From positions 1 to 59,022 of IMG/VR virus record IMGVR_UViG_3300037195_000370: a DNA stretch of 59,022 nucleotides, one strand, 5' to 3'. Position numbers and translations under genes: made by a program. This document shows, piece by piece, positions 57,063-59,022 of the stretch (position 1 is its first letter; every line of letters begins with the position of its first letter). The stretch comes from a virus. Taxonomy: Duplodnaviria > Caudoviricetes. The notes beneath the pieces were generated by a model. The model was given only the letters and a program-made list of their open reading frames with translations, was not told the DNA's origin and ran no database searches.

Positions 57063-57309
57063 ACTTTACCATCTCAAATAAGTAAGGTGAGGTTAAAGTA
57101 TGGCAATGCTAACCCATTGGCAATGCTTTATTATCTTTTCTCTGACCATACTTGTATATCTTACCATACTAAAAAAGGGACCATGGTAAAACTGCAAAAT
57201 GCTGGGGCTTGGGTTTGTGCCGTGGCAGGTGTGTCAGGTATGGTCACTGAAGTTTTTAGATTACAAAACAACATCTTAGGACTTTGTCCCTGACCATACT
57301 TGACCATAC
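57058..57309. repeat. Intergenic CCATAC / TGACCATAC iterated motif with hairpin
   Basis: TGACCATAC at 57143, 57291 and 57301, inverted at 57238; TTACCATAC at 57161; GCCATACTTTA/TAAAGTATGGC inverted repeat at 57058-57103. Confidence 0.75.
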
Positions 57310-57318
57310 CTTGAAAAT

Positions 57319-58128
57319 TCATCGAAGCTTCTTGAACAGCCAAAGAGCAACGATACCGAACACCATCACCATTCCTGCTGAGACTGCCCATTGCATTGGG
57401 CCTTCAGGAACAGTAGAGAAAGCAGTCATCCAAGCGGGGATCGATCCAGCTCCGAATTTAGCCGCGTTGTCCAAATTGAGACCCTCTTTTGTCTCTTCAA
57501 CAATAGAGAGTTTCTCATCAACAGTCTTCACATTAGCACCATCATGAAGGGGTTTAGGAGGAGGAATATCACCCTTCTGACGCCACAGCATGATAGATCT
57601 GTCAATCACACCATAGTCTTCTGTTTGAAATCCTTCTTTGCTGCCCATGACACGCCTAGTCCAACCTTTTCCGAATGTCTTCCAATGGCGAAGTCTTTTC
57701 AGCCATTGCCAGCGATCATAATTCAATGCTGAGATGATATTCTCAATATCGCCTCTTTCCATAATCGCGGAAAAAGTCACGTTACCCATGATCCCGTCTT
57801 GGGTTACTCCTAGAATCCTTTGAAGGAACTTGATTGCTCTAGAAGGCCCAGAGTTGATTGCAAAATCATAGACGCTGTAATCGAGACCGCTTGGAAGGTG
57901 GTCTCCCCAGACTTTGTCCCAATACTGATCTTTGTAAATGGCAACTACTTCGTCTTTTGTGATTTTCTTTACCGATTGAATCGGCATACCTTTTCGACGT
58001 CGCCAGCCGTCATAGACTCGCTGAGTGACGCCCATGTTCGTAGCGCCGCCTGGATCCTCTGGGTGATTCACATATCCACCTTCGTGGACGAGAACCCATT
58101 CTGTGACTTTCTCTAGGTTATTCCTCAT
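57319..58128 (-). CDS. Endolysin, GH108 plus PG-binding domain, hydrophobic C-terminus
   Basis: HEGGYVNHPEDPGGATNMGVT, DFAINSG and FGKGWTRR. Confidence 0.93.
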   Translation of the reverse strand: MRNNLEKVTEWVLVHEGGYVNHPEDPGGATNMGVTQRVYDGWRRRKGMPIQSVKKITKDEVVAIYKDQYWDKVWGDHLPSGLDYSVYDFAINSGPSRAIKFLQRILGVTQDGIMGNVTFSAIMERGDIENIISALNYDRWQWLKRLRHWKTFGKGWTRRVMGSKEGFQTEDYGVIDRSIMLWRQKGDIPPPKPLHDGANVKTVDEKLSIVEETKEGLNLDNAAKFGAGSIPAWMTAFSTVPEGPMQWAVSAGMVMVFGIVALWLFKKLR

Positions 58129-58138
58129 TATTCATCTC

Positions 58139-58603
58139 CTAAGGATAGAATCTAGTGTATGTGATCCACAGCGGATGACAGCGATGCGACGTTATCGCAA
58201 TGCTTCCATCTAGCTCATCAATTCCGATTATTTCCCAGGGACCACTTCGCTGGTTTCTTAGAACTGGTCTCGTTATTGGAATTTCTCCAGAAATACCAGT
58301 AGAGTCTGGTTGAAATAGAATTGGAGATCTTTCTCCGAAACTATCATACCATGAAAGCCCAATGAATTCACAGGCTCTCACCTTATCGAAAGAAACAAAG
58401 ACTCTGATACCTTTGTCTGTCTTTTCGATAAATTGAACATCTACGTTTTTGACAACAGGGAATACTTTTCCTTCATAATGAGAAAGGATTGGGAAAACCA
58501 GAGGGATGAAACCAAAGAAAATTAGAATTCCTAAAACAGGAAGACTTAAAATTCTAGAAAGTCTCCTGTTGATCTTCTCAGATTCCGACATTAAGACCTC
58601 CAC
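58139..58603 (-). CDS. Hypothetical membrane-anchored protein in the lysis cassette
   Basis: N-terminal TM helix then a soluble domain (KVRACEF...HRCHP); start may be 58591. Confidence 0.65.
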   Translation of the reverse strand: MEVLMSESEKINRRLSRILSLPVLGILIFFGFIPLVFPILSHYEGKVFPVVKNVDVQFIEKTDKGIRVFVSFDKVRACEFIGLSWYDSFGERSPILFQPDSTGISGEIPITRPVLRNQRSGPWEIIGIDELDGSIAITSHRCHPLWITYTRFYP

Positions 58604-58823
58604 TGATAACGAAAGTTATGAGAGAACCTATGATCCCGAGAATGATAACCCAAACTATGCGAAGAAGATATCCTTTGACTTCGTTCACACTTTCTTTCAG
58701 TTCGTCAAATCTTTGGTCCATGTGTTTGTCACGTTCTTTCCTTACAGCAGCATCGGTTGTTTGGGTATTTCTCCACTCTTCGAGAGATTTTACCCTTATT
58801 TCAAGATTTTGAAGATCAGTCAT
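58578..58823 (-). CDS. Small coiled-coil plus C-terminal TM protein (holin-like)
   Basis: Start MTDLQNL overlaps the o-spanin stop. Confidence 0.55.
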   Translation of the reverse strand: MTDLQNLEIRVKSLEEWRNTQTTDAAVRKERDKHMDQRFDELKESVNEVKGYLLRIVWVIILGIIGSLITFVISGGLNVGI

Positions 58824-58944
58824 TACTAATCCTTCTATCTCTATCCTCATAGTAGCTTTGGAGAAGTTTTTTCAATTCACTGCACTTGAGGAGGTTTGCT
58901 CGATCAGTAATCCAGAAGGATTCAGCTTCCGATCTTGTTAAAGT
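58816..58944 (-). CDS. o-spanin, 3' part (joined from 177..1)
   Basis: Reads in frame across the junction: ...SLPER|TLTRSEAESFWITDRANLLKC...RISND stop. Confidence 0.8.
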   Translation of the reverse strand, partial: TLTRSEAESFWITDRANLLKCSELKKLLQSYYEDRDRRISND

Positions 58945-59021
58945 CCGTTCAGGTAATGAAACAGGACGTTCACAATCTTCAGTTAGTTGTTCGGGTGGAG
59001 GTTGAAGATTCGGCGGCTCAA
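58945..59021. repeat. Terminal direct repeat, identical to 1..77
   Basis: Exact match; the final base 59022 (c) differs from base 78 (t). Confidence 0.95.
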
Positions 59022-59022
59022 C

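Noticed and set aside
1-59022. Integrase/lysogeny module, tRNA or rRNA genes, 7-deazaguanine or dZ pathways, reverse transcriptase/DGR
   Set aside because: No supporting motifs seen by eye; a tRNA scan and HMM search are needed to be certain.

Overview
This window is a complete, circularly assembled tailed-phage genome of about 58.9 kb. A 77-bp terminal overlap is present and an o-spanin ORF reads through the join. Gene content and order resemble YuA/M6/phiJL001-type siphoviruses; a GTA-like tail tip suggests an alphaproteobacterial host (inference). Almost all genes are on the minus strand: tail, head and terminase (0.8-23.3 kb, TerS at 26.0-26.6 kb), small early genes (23.3-37 kb), replication and nucleotide metabolism (35.8-56.6 kb), and lysis across the join. 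The most notable system is a thymidine-hypermodification cluster. It contains a dUMP hydroxymethylase, dCTP deaminase, HD nucleotidase, DUF3310 and aGPT-Pplase1, next to a GT-B glycosyltransferase and an FkbM methyltransferase, but no recognisable 5-hmU DNA kinase. This points to glycosylated hydroxymethyluracil. The DNA itself shows a matching pattern. TC/GA dinucleotides look enriched genome-wide but are completely absent from a 693-bp island (23605-24297) that carries a sigma70 promoter, a 122-aa protein with no Asp/Glu and a 34-aa peptide. Promoter cores and dispersed ~90-bp elements also avoid TC/GA. All product calls come from motifs recognised by eye and from synteny; no database search was run.
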